Of a DNA stretch of 24,000 nucleotides, positions 23,146 through 24,000 are shown one piece after another. Source of the DNA: Candidatus Aquicultor sp. (GTDB taxonomy: Bacteria; Actinomycetota; Aquicultoria; Aquicultorales; Aquicultoraceae); the NCBI GenBank assembly GCA_036504445.1, contig DASXVE010000025.1, positions 353,955 to 377,954 on the forward strand, given 5' to 3'. The position numbers and the translations under genes are program-made. Below the pieces are notes generated by a model. The model had not been told where the DNA came from and did no database searches. It worked only from the letters and a program-made list of their open reading frames with translations. Each line of letters starts with the position of its first letter. Position 1 is the stretch's first letter.

Positions 23146-24000
23146 TTACCTACTCTTAAAACCCAAAATTAGCAAGGCCCCACCAAGTAGTGACAATAGT
23201 AAGCCCCACGGCTTTGGTCTGCTTGTACCAGCAACAGGGTATGTAATTCTATTAGACTTCTTATCACCTGGCACTACGAATCTACTGCCGAACACCTTAT
23301 TCCATCCCTTGTATGCTTCAGTGGAATTATCTTGTGTGAGCGCATCATCAGCACGCTCAATAAGCTTTTCGAGCTTTTCTTTGAAGCTCTTCATTTGCGC
23401 CTCAGCGATCCTATCGCTCAAACGCTCTGTCGAGTCTACAGGATTGTAGATTATCTCCGAGAACCGCAGCTGGTTATAGATCGCCTTGACAGTACTCACA
23501 AACGAGACATCATCCCTTGTGGAACTCGAAAAATGATTAGCTGCCAGAACGGTGAGTATTAGACCGGATGGCATTTTGCAGGACTGATCATCAGCCCATG
23601 CTTTTAGGTACCGCACGACTTTCCGTAGCTGATCAGTCTTCGTTTTTACTTCGTCCAGGAACCAATTAGTCAAGGCTCTTGGATCACTCGCTATCCAACC
23701 GACACCTTTGACTGCCAGATATGGAATATCGGCGCACATACAGTAAATTGGCAGATCAACATGATAGTCGCCCTTATAGACAACACGGACGCATTTCTTC
23801 TTATCAACTGGTTTCTCGCTGGTGTGATTCTCAATCGCTTTATAAACCCAGCCATGGACCGTCTCGGACGTTGGCCATTCATTCTGATTATCGGCGAAAT
23901 GTTGCAGGTAGACGCCGTCATCAATATCAAACTCACTATCAATAGGATTAACGATTGTTGACATAGCGTATGATCCCTGGCCATGAAACTTTGGCACTTT
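23146..24000 (-). CDS. cGAS/DncV-like nucleotidyltransferase (CD-NTase, SMODS-type), 5' end off-window, with hydrophobic C-terminal tail
   Basis: The frame is open to the window edge, and the track's M is a GTG one codon from the end. The Pol-beta NTase triad context reads GQGSYAMSTIVNPI..EFDIDDGVYL..RVVYKGDYHVDLPIY. W..SDPRALTNWF and the helical C-domain ..TEAYKGWNKVFGSRF are typical of CD-NTases. The tail reads PKPWGLLLSLLGGALLILGFKSR. Confidence 0.8.
   Translation of the reverse strand, partial: KVPKFHGQGSYAMSTIVNPIDSEFDIDDGVYLQHFADNQNEWPTSETVHGWVYKAIENHTSEKPVDKKKCVRVVYKGDYHVDLPIYCMCADIPYLAVKGVGWIASDPRALTNWFLDEVKTKTDQLRKVVRYLKAWADDQSCKMPSGLILTVLAANHFSSSTRDDVSFVSTVKAIYNQLRFSEIIYNPVDSTERLSDRIAEAQMKSFKEKLEKLIERADDALTQDNSTEAYKGWNKVFGSRFVVPGDKKSNRITYPVAGTSRPKPWGLLLSLLGGALLILGFKSR

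Noticed and set aside
23146-23220. The CD-NTase tail (P-K-P, hydrophobic helix, K-S-R) read as a PEP-CTERM, sortase or GlyGly-CTERM-type sorting signal.
   Set aside because: The protein has no N-terminal export signal in view and is a cytoplasmic enzyme family. No exosortase, rhombosortase or sortase gene is in the window. It is kept only as a tail-anchor or processing hypothesis.
23030-23961. Plus-strand ORFs antisense to the CD-NTase/E2 genes (23030-23449, 23332-23562, 23721-23945, 23761-23961), considered as possible hidden effector or antitoxin genes.
   Set aside because: They have no SD sites and low-complexity translations, and they are fully embedded antisense in genes with strong motif support.
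1-24000. A window-wide look for CRISPR repeats, tRNA/rRNA genes, IS elements, transposases or integrases, and long direct or inverted repeats.
   Set aside because: None was recognised by eye. All intergenic regions are under 340 nt and are accounted for by promoters, leaders or terminators. Detecting long repeats properly would need a computational self-comparison.

Overview
The window is mostly housekeeping chromosome, apparently from an anaerobic Gram-positive-type bacterium. That placement is an inference from GGAGG-type ribosome-binding sites (RBS), gene content (NfnAB-like, HgdC-type activase, UPF0210/ACT) and the rpsF-ssb-rpsR-rplI-dnaB block. Most genes are on the minus strand. Left to right: partial aspartate kinase with a structured leader candidate, a polysaccharide deacetylase, a zinc-ribbon membrane protein and the rpsF-ssb-rpsR-rplI-dnaB cluster. 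Next comes a cluster of four exported or envelope proteins with patchy low G+C: a PQQ-type beta-propeller, a lipoprotein, a Zn-phospholipase-C/P1-nuclease-like protein and an M23 peptidase. This is followed by a methyl-accepting chemotaxis protein, DUF951, the ACT/UPF0210 pair, a YtxH-like protein, an NfnAB-like oxidoreductase pair, a three-gene HgdC-type activase plus two DUF2229 genes, and a small membrane protein. The main hunt result is at the right edge (22385-24000), in AT-richer DNA. A cGAS/DncV-like nucleotidyltransferase (CD-NTase, SMODS-type) sits 8 nt upstream of a stand-alone E2/UBC-like protein, resembling an E2-only (type II short) CBASS. Three things are unusual: the CD-NTase has a hydrophobic C-terminal tail containing Gly-Gly, the E2-like protein has a SEC-C-type zinc knuckle, and no E1, JAB or effector is visible. 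The operon start is cut off by the window edge. No rRNA, tRNA, CRISPR array, transposase or integrase was recognised. All calls rest on reading motifs by eye; no searches were run.
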